From Octopus sinensis (taxonomy: Eukaryota): 64,000 nucleotides of DNA. The position numbers and the translations under genes were made by a program. Position 1 is the first letter of the stretch, and each line of letters opens with the position of its first letter. The stretch spans positions 42,904,001 to 42,968,000 of the forward strand of contig NC_043012.1 of assembly GCF_006345805.1 (NCBI RefSeq), read 5' to 3'. Shown here piece after piece: positions 35,054-48,440 of this stretch. Under the pieces are notes generated by a model, which was not told the origin of the DNA, did no database searches, and worked only from the letters and a program-made list of their open reading frames with translations.

Positions 35054-38000
35054 CATGATGATGATCATCATCATCGTTTAACGTCCGTTTTCCATGGGTT
35101 GGACGGTTCAACTGGGGTCTGGGAAGCCAGAAGGCTGCACCAGGCCAGTCTGATCTGGCAGTATTTCTACAGCTAGATGCCCTTCCTAACGCCAACCACT
35201 CCATGAGTCTAGTGGGTGCTTTTTGCATGCCACTTGCACAGGTGCCAGACGAGGCTGGCAAACAGCCATGATCGGATGGTGCTTTTTACATGCCACCAGC
35301 ACGGGGGCCAGACGAGGCTGGCAACGGCCACACTCAGATGGTACTTTTTAAGTGCCACCGGCACGGAGGCCGGTTGGGGCGGCGCTGGCAATGGCCACGT
35401 TTGGATGGTTCTCTTATGTGCCACCGGCATCACAGCTACAATTTCCATTGATGTTGATCGATTTTGATTTTCACTTGCCTCAACAGGTCTTCACAAGTAG
35501 GGTTTGTGTCACAAGAAGGAAAGGTATGCATAAGTGGGCTGGCTACGTCCCAGGTAGAGGCCACGGGTTATGGTCTCACTTGTCCTGCCAGGTCTTCTCA
35601 CGCACAGCATACTTCCAAAGGTCTCGGTCTCTGGTCATTTCCTCGGTGAGACCTAAAGTTCGAAGGTCATGCTTCACGACCTCGTCCCAGGTTTTCCTGG
35701 GTCTACCTCTTCCACAGGTTCCCTCAACCGCTAGGGTGTGGCACTTTTTCACACAACTATCTTCATCCATTCTCGCTACATGACCATACCAGCACAAACG
35801 TCTCTCTTGCACACCACAACTGATGCTTCTTAGGTCCAACTATTCTCTCAAGGTACTTACACTCTGTCGAGTATGAACACTGACATTACACATCCATCGG
35901 AGCATACTGGCTTCATTCCTTGCGAGCTTACGCATATCCTCAGCAGTCACAGCCCAAGTTTCACTGCCATTTAGCATGGCTGTTCGTACACATGCGTCAT
36001 ACAGTCTGCCTTTTACTCTGAGCGAGAGGCCCTTTGTCACCAGCAGAGGTAAGAGCTCTCTGAACTTTGCCCAGGCTATTCTTACTCTAGCAGTTACACT
36101 TTCAGCACACCCACCCCAACTTCTGACTTGGTCACCTAGGTAACGGAAGCTATCAACTACTTCTAGTTTTTCTCCCTGGAATTTGGCGGAAGTTGTTCTC
36201 TGCACATTTTCAGTGCTATTTATAGCTCCTGAGCATCTTTCACATACAAAAACTATCTTCCCAGTTAGCCTTCCTTTGACATTGCTGTACCTTTTGTGTC
36301 CATAGCTTACACTTGGTGCATCTTATAGAGTTTCTACCTACGCCTTTTCTACAGATCGAGCAGGGACATCTACCTGAAGGCGTTTGTGATTTGCCTGCCT
36401 TCCTACATATTAGGACTTTGGTTTTAGCTAGGTTGATTTTAAGGCCCTTCGATTCTAATCCTTGTCTCCACACTTGAAATTTTGCCTCTTGTTCTGATAG
36501 TGACTCAGCAATTAGAGCAAGATCATCAGCATATAGTAGCTCCCAGGGGCATCCTGTCTTGAATTCCTCCGTTATTGCTTGGAGGACTATGATAAATAGG
36601 AGGGGTCTGAGGACTGAACCTTGGTGGACCCCTACCTCTACCCTGAATTCTTTAGTGTACTCGTTGCCAACCCTCACTTTACTTACAGCGTCTCTGTACA
36701 TGGCTTGCACAGCACTCACTAACCATCCATCTATCCCTAGTTTCCTCATTGACCACCAGATAAGGGATCGGGGGACCCTGTCAAAGGCTTTCTCCATGTC
36801 AACGAAAGCCAGGTACAGGGGCTTATCCTTGGCTAGGTATTTCTCCTGCAGCTGTTTCACCAGAAATATGGCATCAGTGGTGCTTTTCCCTGGCACGAAA
36901 CCAAACTGCATCTCATCCAAGTTGACTCTCTCCCTAATCAGCTGGGCTATGACCTTCTCCGTAACCTTCATTACCTGATCCAACAGCTTGATACCTCTGT
37001 AATTATTTGTATCTAAAGCGTCACCTTTACCTTTGTAGCAGTTGACTATTATGCTGCTACACCAGTCATTGGGTATGACTCCTTCGTGTATCACCTGGTT
37101 AACTATATGGGTGACTTGGCTATAGCCGACACTACCAGATATTTTAAGCATCTCTGCAGTAATTCCTGATGGTCCTGGGGCTTTCCCTGTCTTCATGCTT
37201 CTAATTGCCTTAGCTACTAAGGAACTGTCAACTCGGATAGCTGGTCCCTCTGTTGGGTTTGACATTCGGCAGACTCTCTTTATCCCATTCATTTTCCTTA
37301 TTTAGCAGCCTCTCATAATGGTGTCTCCAAACCTCTCTCTTTGCATCCTCATTCAGCGCAAGTGAGCCATCAGCCATGCAAACACATTTCTCTCCTACCA
37401 CATCATGATTCTCTCTCACACACTGTCTTGCAACACAAAATACCTCAAGTCTTTGGTCCTCACGGCGCAGAACATTTGCAAATTTTTTCTTATCTGCTTC
37501 CCTTCTGGCTAAATAAACCTGTCTCCTAGCTTCTCTTTTGGTAGTCTGATACAATTCCCTGCTACCATCATTTTTCTAGTCCTTCCAAGCCTGTTTCTTT
37601 TCTCTAATAGCCCTGTCTACAACATTGTTCCACCACCATGTTATTTTGGGTCGAGAGGGGACTTTGCACCAGCCACAGATCTGGTCAGTGGCCCTCAGCA
37701 GGTTGTCCCTTAGAAACCTCCAGTTGTCTTCTACCCCATGTGAAGCTATATCGCCTTCTACTTCGTCAAAGGCTTCAAATAATATGTTCCTAAGTCTCTG
37801 TCCATTCGCAGGATCTTTTAACTTCCAGATCCTTCTTCTCCATGTTGGTCGTCTTCTTAGTCCTGATCCTAAAGTCACTAACTATCAGTCTATGCTGTGG
37901 GGTACATTCTTCGCCTGGGAAGGTTTTGGCATTTATAAGCAGCCATCTTTCCCTTTTCCTGGCAAGGATGTAGTCAATTTGGCTGGTATATTGGCCCGAT

Positions 38001-38870
38001 CGGTAGGTGGCTTGTAGGTTTCCTGAAGTTAGTTTTGCAAGCCATAAGATCATTTGCATCGCAGAACTCCAGCAGCCTGGTTACCTCCTCGTTGCGGGAA
38101 CCATAACCATAGCCTCCATGTACACCATGGAAGCCCCCAGAATGTCATCCAACATGACCATTGAAGTCACCAGCCACAAAGAGAAGGTCTCTGTTGTTCA
38201 TCAACGAGGTAGTCTGCAGTAGGATGTCATAGAATCAGTCTTTCTGTCCATCGGGTAGCCCCGGCTGAGGGGGCATAGGCTGATATAATGGTTGCTAATC
38301 CATGATGAAGCACTAATCTAATCTTAAGTATTCTGTCACTTACTCTGATTACCTCTATTACCTTATCTACCCATTTTTCAGCGAGAAGTATACCCACGCC
38401 CCCAACCCCATCTTGTACCTGTGTTCTTTGCCTGTGAGGAACCTAGCAGAACCTCCTCTCCACCTTACTTCTTGGATGCAGCACATATCAACACATCTAC
38501 GTTCAAGCATTTCAACAATCTCACCAGACCTATCTGTCAGTGTGCCGACGTTGAGAGTGCCAACTCTGAGGGTGTGGGAGGTATGGGCCCTAGAGACCCT
38601 GGGGCGGGGAACAGTGGCGTTATGTACCTGAAAAGAGAGCTCACATTTGGCAGAATTCATAAGCAAACAATAATCTCAATAAGTTCAACCTGCATACACT
38701 AAACTATCATGTTTTGCACTGTATGATCACTACCTTATATAGTAGGGGTGGGGTTGGCGTTAGGCCTTTAGCTGTTCATGGGAGACAAGCAAGGAAGACG
38801 AGATAGAGACTTCCAGTTCAAGTGGAGGGGGTGGGAGGGCGGGCGCACTGCCGCAAACTGGCAGCCATGG
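35054..38870 (-). mobile_element. Near full-length RTE-clade LINE (APE endonuclease + RT with embedded PHD-type finger), inactivated
   Basis: LRVGTLNVGTL, QIDYIL, NYRGIKLL, AFVDMEKAFDRV, GVHQGSVL, LLYADDL, FRYLG, GRGRPRKTW motifs. Several stops and frameshifts. (ATC)n tail at about 35054-35076. Confidence 0.97.
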
Positions 38871-41051
38871 GCTAGAAAGTAAGGGACGGAAAAGGCTGAT
38901 AGATAGATAGGCATATAGTGTAGGAATTAGATAGACAGGGTGAAGGACGATAGATGAGCCAGTGGGTGGGGGTCAGAACACGCGAGAGGGAGGGATGGTT
39001 CCTGGATTTGGAGGAAGACGAAATTAGAGACAAGGACTGTGAACAACGTGTGATAAGTTTGAGTGAAAGAATATGTTGGAAATTAAAGAAATGCATGACC
39101 TGGGGTTAAGACGAAAGGATGTGAAAGAATATGTTGAAAATTAAAGAAATGCATAAAGTTCAAAACCAAGTTTTTAGTTTAATAATTCTTTTATTACCAA
39201 ATTTTTTTTGTGAAAAATCTATCTGCAAGTAACATCCCTTGACTGCTTGTTTCCTTCAAACAAATTTTAAAGGTTTTTCCTTCCTTCTGGTATGACTTAA
39301 GGCCACATAAAGCTGGCCACGACTAAATATGGGAGCTTGCAAGTAAATACCAACTTTTTCAAAGTGACGTTTCCTTTCAACTATACTCTCAATTACTGAA
39401 ACCAGCCTAAACTCATACAACTTAAAGCCTCAAAAAGCAGTCCATGACATATAGTTGATGTTGTAAAAACTCCCCTATTCAAAATTTATTACATAAATTT
39501 CTTAATATAAATAAATTAGGCAGATGAATGAACTGTTAAATGTGTATTTATAATATACTTTTCAACTGCAGTCGTTTTATATTCTTGATACACTCAGGCA
39601 ATAATTATTTTCTCTAATGTGTTTGTATATGTTTGTGTAGATGTGTGTAATTGTAATAATTATTTGTAACACATCAGATAATATATGGATGGTAATTCAA
39701 ATTAATGCACTTCTCAATTTTATCTCTTTGGAGATGTGACATCGATCATCATTTTTTACTGAAAGGACACTGGTTCACACATACAAACTTTCACATACTT
39801 CCCTTGTACACACACACAAAGTTGAAACGATGTTTGATTTTTCTTTTCAGCATTGAATGTTCACCATCCCACTTCCATTGCACACACACACAAATATTAT
39901 TATATTATGAGATAATTATTTATACTTTTTTTTTTGATTTGGTAGTTCTGTTGACCTAACAGAAAGCACTTGGTGGATATCTTATGAATTGCTTTCTACA
40001 GAGTGATCATTGCATAAAAGGGAAAGAAGATACAATATCCATCCAAAAATAAAAGCATTTTAAAGAATTCAATACATCAATTAGATTATAGTTGGGAGAT
40101 AACAGTTTACTCAAATCAAAGTAGCCACCCTCAGCTTTTCCCACAGCCTGAAGATGGTTCTGGAACCTGGTGCATGTGTTCTTTATCTAAAGAATGTATA
40201 TTCCTTGTTTCATAATTGCCGTATTTCATTGATGTAAATTCAATATCTTGGATATTGAACACTACAGTAGTCCCTTATTATTACTGATTCTTCTTGTTTT
40301 TCAATTTGGCTTTAGCTACCACCTTAATAATGTTATTGTTGATCAACTCTGAATTGAGCAGGATGTACTATCAAATTGCATTGTAGCAATAATGATCTCA
40401 GTTTTAGGGTTTTCGTAGGGCTGCATTACCCAACGTGTTCTTTCCTTCCCCAAGACCTGAGGACATGGTTTCAGATGAGTTTGGCTGCTAATTCTAGCAG
40501 ATCAAGCTACCATTGCCTTCATAGTCTAAGGAGAAGTGATCTTTTTTTGCATCACAAAGCTCACAGTTAACCTGTTGAGCATATTGTTTACTACCTTATA
40601 CTTTGTGTTTATAAGAAATTGTTGTTTCTAAAGTACACATTATTAAAGTTAAACTACTTCAAACATTTTCTTTTTATGTGATACATCTACCACTAATAAA
40701 AATTGCAAATGGTAAAATATTAACTGATAGTGTCTAAGGGAAAGTCACAGCTTTAAGCCACATTCAAAAGAGGTCATGAGTAATGAAAGGTTAAAAATCA
40801 CTGATCTAGAGCAGTATGGAAGCTTCCAAAGGAGATCCTTTGTTTCCCGGTGTTAGACAGCTATCAGTTATTTCAGCTTTGTTGTTGAACTGGTGTATGA
40901 AATAGAGTATAGTTTGATTTTAGTATTGATTCTGTGCACACACACACACAACACAAAATAAAGAAAAGAAATGGTTGGAAAGTATGCCAGCTTTGTAGCC
41001 ATGATAGCAGTTTTAAAAACTAAATTGTTACTTTTTCTATTTTTCTTCTAG

Positions 41052-41153
41052 GTGTCTGAGGGAAGTAAAAGAGCACGTCAGTCATTAAATGCAAAATGGC
41101 ATAGTTCTGCTGGTTTTGATGATACCTTTTCATTAATGTCACCCGAAACGCCA
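41052..41153 (+). CDS. Myb: Myb exon h: VSEGSKRARQSLNAKWHSSAGFDDTFSLMSPETP
   Basis: KRxRxSL motif, strong polypyrimidine tract, gtaagt donor, phase 0/0. Confidence 0.9.
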
Positions 41154-41690
41154 GTAAGTACTACTATTCAACATCAATGCAAACAAAACATTGTTTTATA
41201 AACGAGATACATTTATAAAACATTGTATTGAAATGATTTCACCTGATTTTTGTATCCATTTTCTATGCTAGCATGAGTGGACTATTACCTTTTCACTCCA
41301 ATTTTGACATTTGTGTATCACTAGGCCTTGTATCCACTGTGCTATTTTTTTAAATACTGTTCACATAACCATGGAATAGAAGTGAAGCAAATTGCTATAA
41401 GATTCCTACCTTAGTAGTCATGGCAGGGTAACCATTCACAAGTTTTTCAGTACATCTATTGATATATCTTTTGATAGATAGATGGCTAGGTAAATAAAAA
41501 GATATAATATAAATAGAGGTATAATATTTTACAAGTGTTTTTTTTTAATGAAATAATACTCATCAATCATCATTTTAACATCTATTTTTCCATTTTTTGT
41601 TTAGGCAAAATTTGTTGATACTCCTCCTATTGTCAATCCTCTTCTGTTTCCAAATAAAGAAGTATTTTCTCTGGCCCTTCAAACAACAAA

Positions 41691-43780
41691 TGGCTTAATT
41701 CCTTGCAAGCTGACGTATGTCCTCAGCAGTCAAGGCCATGTAGCATAGCTGTTCGCACACATGCATCATACTGTCTACCTTTTACTCTGAGTGAGAGGCC
41801 CTTTATCACCAGCATCGGTAAGAGCTCTCTGAACTTTGCCCAGGCTATTCTTATTTTAGCAGCTACATTTTCAGAGCATCCACCCCCACTACTGACTTGG
41901 TCACCTAGGTAATGGAAGCTATCAACTACTTGTAGTTGTTTCCCCCTGACATGTGATGGAAGCTGTTCTCTGTACGTTTTTAGTGTTTATTGCTCCTGAG
42001 CATCAGCCACATACAGAAACTATCTTCCCAGTTAGCCTTCCTTTGATATTGCTGCACCTCTTATGTGTCCATAGCTTACACTGGGTACATCTTATGGAGT
42101 TTCTACCTGAAGGGATTTATGGTTTGTCTGCCTTCCTACTTATTAAGACTTTGTTTTTTGCTAGGTTGACTCTAAGGCCCTTCAATTCTAATCCTTGCTT
42201 CCACACCTGAAACTTCTCTAGTTCTGATAGTGACTCAACAGTTAGAGCAAGGTCATCAGCATAGAGAAGCTCCCAGGGGCATCCTGTCTTGAATTCCTCC
42301 ATTATTGCCTGGAGGACTATAATGAAAAAGAGGGGGCTGAGGACTGATCCTTGGTGGAGGCCTACCCCTACTTGGAATTCTTCACTGTACTCGTTGTCAA
42401 CCCTCACCTTACTGACAGTATCCCTGTACATGGCTTGCACTCTCACTAACCATTCATCTATCCCTAGTTTCCTGATTGGGGGACCCTGTCAAAGGCTTTC
42501 TCCATGTCAATGAAAGCCAGGTACAGGGGCTTATCCTTGGCTAGGTATTTCACCTGCAGCTGCCTTACCAGAAATATAGCATCAGTGGTGCTTTTCCCTG
42601 GCACGAACCCAAACTGCATCTCATCTAGACTGACCCTCTCCCTAATTAGCTGGGCTATGATCCTCTCGTTACTTTCATTACCTGATCCAACAACTTGCTA
42701 CATCTGTAATTATTTGTATCTCAAGCATCACCTTTACCTTTGTAGCAGTTGACTATTATGCTGCTACACCAGTCATTGGGTATGACTCCTTCATGTATCA
42801 CCTGGTTGACTATATGGGTGACTAGACTATAGCCGACACAGCCAGATAATTTAAGCATCTCTGGTGATTTCTGATGGGCCGGGGACTTTCCCTGTCTTCA
42901 TACCCTTAATTGCTTTATCTTCGAAGGTACTATCAACTCAGATAGCTGGTCCCTCTGTTGGGTTGACATTCGGCAAACTCTCTTTCTTCCATTCATTTTT
43001 TTTATTGAGCAACCTTTCATAGTGGCATCTCCAAGTCTCTCTCCTTGCAGCCTTGTTAAATGCAAGTGAGCTGTCATCCATGCGGACAAATTTCTCTCCT
43101 ATGATATCATGATTCTCTCTCACGCACTGCCTTGCATCATGAAATACCTCAAGTCTTTGGTCTTCACGATGCAGAACATTGGTAACTTTTTTCTTATCTG
43201 CTTCTCTTCTGGCTAAATAAGCCTGTCTCCTAGCTTCCCTTTTGGCAGTCTGATACAATTCCCTGCTACCACTGTTCTTCCAGTCATTCCATACCAGAGG
43301 GGACTTTTCACCATCCACAGAACTGATCAGTGGCCCTCAACAGGTTGTCCCATAGAAGCCTCCAGTTGTCTTCCACATCATGTGATGCTATATCCCCCTC
43401 TATTTTGTGAAAGGCTTTGAGTAATACGTCTCTAAATCTTTGTCCATTCACAGGATCCTTAAGCTTCCAGACCCTTCTTGTAAATGCTGGTCGTCTTCTG
43501 GGCATCCATTTAGCCTGATCCTGAAGTCGCTAGCTACTAATCTGTGTTGTGGGGTGCATTCTTCACCTGGGAAGGTTTTGGGATTTATAAGTAGCTATCT
43601 TTCCCATTTCCTGGTGAGGATTTAATCAATTTGACTAGTGTGTCTACCAGATCAGTAGGTGAATAGGTGACTGGCAGGTTTCCTGAAGTTAGTGTTACAA
43701 ACCATAAGATCTTTTGCATCACAGAACTCCAGCAGCCTGGTTCCCTCCTCGTTGCGGGAACCAAAACCATAGCCCCCATG
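41691..43780 (-). mobile_element. Older decayed RTE copy (endonuclease end to RT thumb)
   Basis: Collinear with 35900-38110, with many indels. Confidence 0.93.
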
Positions 43781-44029
43781 TATGTTTGTATAAAAGGAAA
43801 AGGAAACAATATCCCATCCAAAAATATATATATTTATTAAAAAATCAAAATGTATCAACTAGATTATGGCTGGGAGACAATGGTTTACTCAGAGTAGCTG
43901 CTCTCTGCTTCCTCTACTACCTCATGGTGGCCCCAGAACCTGATGCATGCTTTACTCACTGTACTCCTGGGAAGATCTTCAAACACCCCCTTGATCTTGG
44001 CCATGTACAGGGATATTGTTAATATGGTG

Positions 44030-45345
44030 ATAGTCGCCAATGAATATAGCAAGAATTTTAGTTAACAACTAGGAGTCCACCAAGGTTTGGTTCTTAGCCC
44101 CCACTTATTTATCATGGTCCTCCAGGTTATAACTGAGCAATTTAAGACTGGCTACTTTTGGAAGCCCCTCTATGCCAATGACCTTGTTCTTATTGCTACC
44201 AGAATTAGAGAAGAAATTTCAGGTATGGATGTACAGACTAAAATCAAAGGGCCTTAGAGTTAATTTAGCAAAGATCAAAGTCTTAATAAGTAGGAAAATA
44301 GACAAATTACAGATCTCTTGAGGAAGATGGCCCTGCTTGATATGTAGAAAAGGTGTTGGAGAAATTCTATATGGTGTCCCAGTGCAAGCTATGGATATGT
44401 AAGAGGTGCAACGGTATCATTGGAAAACTAACAGAGAAAGCAGTCTTTACATGTGGCAGATGTGCAGGTAGATTAAACACCAGGTATGTTGAAAAAAAAA
44501 ATAGACTCCTTCAAATGTCACTGGTGATTCTTAGAGGTAGTAGACAGTTTCTGTTACTTAGGTGTCCAAGTTGGTAGTGGAGAAGGTTGTTCTGAAAGCA
44601 CAGCTGCTAGTATAAGAATAGGCTGCGTGAAGTTCAGAAAGCTACTACCTCTGTTAGTAATGAAGGCAGGTTCTATGATGTCCCTGTATGAACAGCTGTG
44701 CTACATGGCAATGAGACATGGGCTGTAACTACTGAAAATATGCAAAGGCTTGAAAGAAATGAAGCCAGTATGCTCTGCTGGATGGATAATGTCTGTATGC
44801 ATATATGACAGAATGTAAGTGATTTGAGAGAAAAACTGGGTATACGAGGCATCAGTTGTAGTGTGCAAGAGAGAAGACTGTGCTGGAATGGCCATGTAAT
44901 GCATATGAAGGCAGTTGCATCAAGAGGTGCCCATCACTTATTGTAGAAGGAACATGTCGAATGGGTAGACCCAGGAAGATGTGGGACTTAGTAGTAAAAA
45001 AGGATCTACTGATGTTGGGACTTGCAGAGATGACGAGGTCGAGACTCCTGGCAGTTTGCTTTGCTTGAAAAGACACATGAAGCTAAGTAAAGGCATGGTT
45101 GTCCTTGCATGCAGGCTGTCCCCTGCATCCCCCTCTAGCTGAGCATTCCTAACCTTGCTGGCTCGTGGGTGTTGGTGCTATGTAAAAAGCATCAAGGAAA
45201 CACTTTAAAGTGGTTGGCATTAGGAAGGGCATCCAGCCATAGAAACCATGCCAAATCATATGGATCTTGGACTGCTCTTCTGCTGGCCAACTCCTGTCAC
45301 ACCATCCAACCCATGCCAGGATGGAAAACAGATGTTAAATGATAA
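44030..45345 (+). mobile_element. Decayed RTE RT + 3' end
   Basis: HQGLVLSPHLFI, YANDL, CSxC...CKRC and GRPRKMWD remnants, GATAATGATAATGA tail. A further fragment lies at about 45440-45690. Confidence 0.85.
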
Positions 45346-46363
45346 TGATAATGAGAAGGAAAAAATATCCAAGAATCAAGCTAGCACCTAGTTTAGTAAG
45401 CACCTAGTTTAGTAAGCACCTAGTTCCCTCAGTGACTAGCGAAATCACTGATGGGTAATGTCAGTATGCACGTAAAACAGTGTAAATGATCTAAGAGAAA
45501 AATTGGGCATAAGAGACATCAGGTGTTATGTGCTCTGGTAGGACAAGTGCATAAAGAAGTGCCGATCTCTAATTGTGGAGGGAACCTATGGAAGGGTTGG
45601 GCCCAGGAAGATGTGGAATGAAGTGGTAAGAAATGATCTTCAAACATTAGGCAACACTGAGATGAGAAGGGATTGAGACTTCTGGCCATCCATATATGCA
45701 GGCATGGGCCTGTAGGTACTGGTGCCTTGTAAAAATCACCTGTTTCGGCGTCTCATTAAAAGCACCTGTGCTGATGCCATGTAGAAAAGCACCCATTCCA
45801 GTGCCACCTAAGATGCATTCATGCTGGTGTCACATAAAAAGCAACCATGCTGGTGCCACGTATGAAGCATTTTGGTATGACCAAGTAAAAATTACCCTGT
45901 ATACTCTGTAAAGTGGTTGGCATTATGAAGGGCATCCAGCCATAGAAACCATGCCAAAACAGATAATTGGAGCCTGAGCAGCTCTTCATCTGGCCATCTC
46001 CTATGCCAGTATGGAAAATGAACATCAATCCTTTTGTTACCATATTTCTGTTGAGATGTTCTGTGTTTCTTTCAATTAATTTTAAATATAACAAAGAATT
46101 TGGTAGAATAAGTTATCATTAAGCTAGTGTTAGGAACATGAATTGTGACTAAGGTTCAGTGGAAGATTTTAATTCAGAACTTTTGAAAACAAGACATTTG
46201 TACTACAGAACCAGAGGCAGTTTCAGGTGGGCTTCAAAAGGGTTAAATAATGATAATATATATACACATATATAAATGTATGTGTGTATGTATGAATCTT
46301 GTCAAGATAGAATTGTAATTCATTCTGTGATGTTGATATGTGCAATCTAATTAATGGTAGAAA

Positions 46364-47038
46364 ACATAATGAATTTACTAGAACTATAAAAGAAAAATCA
46401 TGTCTCTGAGGTTTTCTGTGAACCTACCAGCCAGTCAGTAGCCAGTTTGTCTGATATAGAAAAGATTGCAGAGCACATATCTTAGGTTAGTGGAGGTGCA
46501 GTGGAAAGAGTCGCTAATACGGAAAATGTGGTGTTCCGGTCCATTAGGTAAGCATGTAATTGGAAAGGTAAATATAACAGGGGGGGGGGGATATAGAAGG
46601 AATCTAAATGGGGAAGGTGGTGGTGTGTGTACCTGTGCAAGTATGTATGATTTTTTATTTGTTTGAGTCATTTGACTGTGGCCATGCTGGAGCACTGAGA
46701 GAGTATTCAGAATATTTAGTGCAGTATAGGTGAAAGATTGTTTTTGTGGTAAGAAGTTTGTTTCTTCAACCATGTGATTTTGGGTTCAGTCCCATTGCGT
46801 GGTACCTTGGGCAAGTATCTTCTATTAATAGCCTTGGACCAACCATAGCCTTGTGAGTGGAACTGGAAAAAGCCATTTTCCGCATTAGATACTCTTTCCA
46901 CTGCACCTTGACTAACCTAAGATATGTGCTCTGCAATCTTTTTTATATCAGACAAACTGGCTACTGACTGGCTGGTAGGTTCACAGAAAACCTCAGAGAC
47001 ATGATTTTTCTTTTATAGTTCTAGTAAATTCATTATGT
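46364..47038. repeat. Fold-back: 165-bp inverted arms (46364-46528 / 46874-47038) around a ~345-bp spacer containing SINE fragments
   Basis: The arms are near-identical reverse complements by direct reading. Confidence 0.9.
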
Positions 47039-48078
47039 AACTTTACTCTCTGTGTTTGTCCTCTACAAATTGTTGGACAACCAGTGTTGGTTTGTTTATG
47101 CCCTGTAACTTAGTGGTTTGGCTAAAGCGACTGATAGGATAAGTACCAGTCTTTAAAAAAATGTCAGTACTGGGATAGTATGTTCAGCTAAAACCCTTGA
47201 AGGTAGTGCCCTAGCGTATCCACACTCCAATGACTGAAATAAGTAAGATAAAATTTTCCCCCTTCTGTCTAGTGGCTGTAGTTCTTGGAGAGAGGATGAA
47301 ATGTTTCTCAGAAAAATTATTATTAGAGCAAGTCTTTTTACTCCATTGATCCATGCAGGTAAATATATAGTGTGCTTCAGAGATATTTTCAACTGAATTG
47401 TTCTCTAGTTTTGAAATGCACTCTGGCGATGCAGTTTCATTTCTGTTTCCAAAGGAACATATGTGCTGGTTGTAGATGGATAAATGTCTTCTGTGCATCC
47501 TGTATAGTTCTTATGCATACTATTATTTGGTGTTATGGTCATTTTGTGCGAAAATCTACATGTTGGCTTTTGTATAGTTATAGCAGATTAATGTTTGCTT
47601 TTGTTTGTGATCTGTGGTGTTGTACAAGCAACTAAAGCTGGCTTTTGAATTATTATAGTTGAAAAAATTGCGATTTATGTGACTGGAAAATGTTTATCTA
47701 GTTCTTAGTAGAATGACTTGAACCCTATTTAATATTGTATTTGCTGGACTCGCATAGGTGCCCCTATGAAATTATTCCTTAATGCCAATTTTTTTTTTTA
47801 GTTCATGATTGTAATGGAGTGTGGCACATGGATTGGATATTCTTCTAGTTCCTTAGACTAAAGTTTTTATTATGGCTGGTCGATGGTTGTGGTTTTTATG
47901 TATGTAGCTTTTGCATTTTCTTTTCTGCATGGTTAGTGCTTGCCTGTGGTCAGGCTTAGAGGAGTTTCATGAAAATTTATTGTACATGATAATGTCTTAT
48001 TCTTTTTTTCTCTGCTGTAATCACTTTTCCATTTTTGCTTTTAACTATAATCTTTAAAAAATCTTGTGTTATTATTAG

Positions 48079-48195
48079 AGCAAGTCATTAGTTAGTGATG
48101 ATAGTTTACTCTTGTCACCTGCATATTTGATGAAAGAAACTTTGGCTGAAGGACAGCTGGAAGGTGTATGCAGATTGCCTAAATCCCCTCCATTG
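48079..48195 (+). CDS. Myb: Myb exon i: SKSLVSDDSLLLSPAYLMKETLAEGQLEGVCRLPKSPPL
   Basis: Open frame, ttag acceptor, gtaagt donor, phase 0/0. Joins to give SPETP|SKSL. Confidence 0.85.
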
Positions 48196-48440
48196 GTAAG
48201 TAATTCAATTTTTAAAACGCTGCTAAAACAAATAAATACACAATAAAAATACCCACATCCAATCCAAATTCAAGAAGATTCAGTACAAAAATGTGGCAGT
48301 GAAAATGTCTGCATTGTTTATTGCAAATAAATTTAGCATTAGGACTAAGCTTAATCTTTGTCTTATTAAAATAAAATTTTCTTATATGTTGTTTGGAAAT
48401 CTCGTGAATGATAATATTTATAAATGATATTACAAGGTAA

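Noticed and set aside
39063-39155. 58-bp-period duplication near the 5' end of one RTE, same period as 59782-59897
   Set aside because: The two duplicated sequences are unrelated, so the equal period is probably coincidence.
41605-41716. Apparent extra Myb exon (AKFVDTPPIVNPLLFP...) with ttag acceptor and gtatgt donor
   Set aside because: The sequence is an antisense SINE tail fragment (compare reverse complement of 54235-54290) fused to an antisense RTE fragment. Exon h already joins cleanly to exon i.
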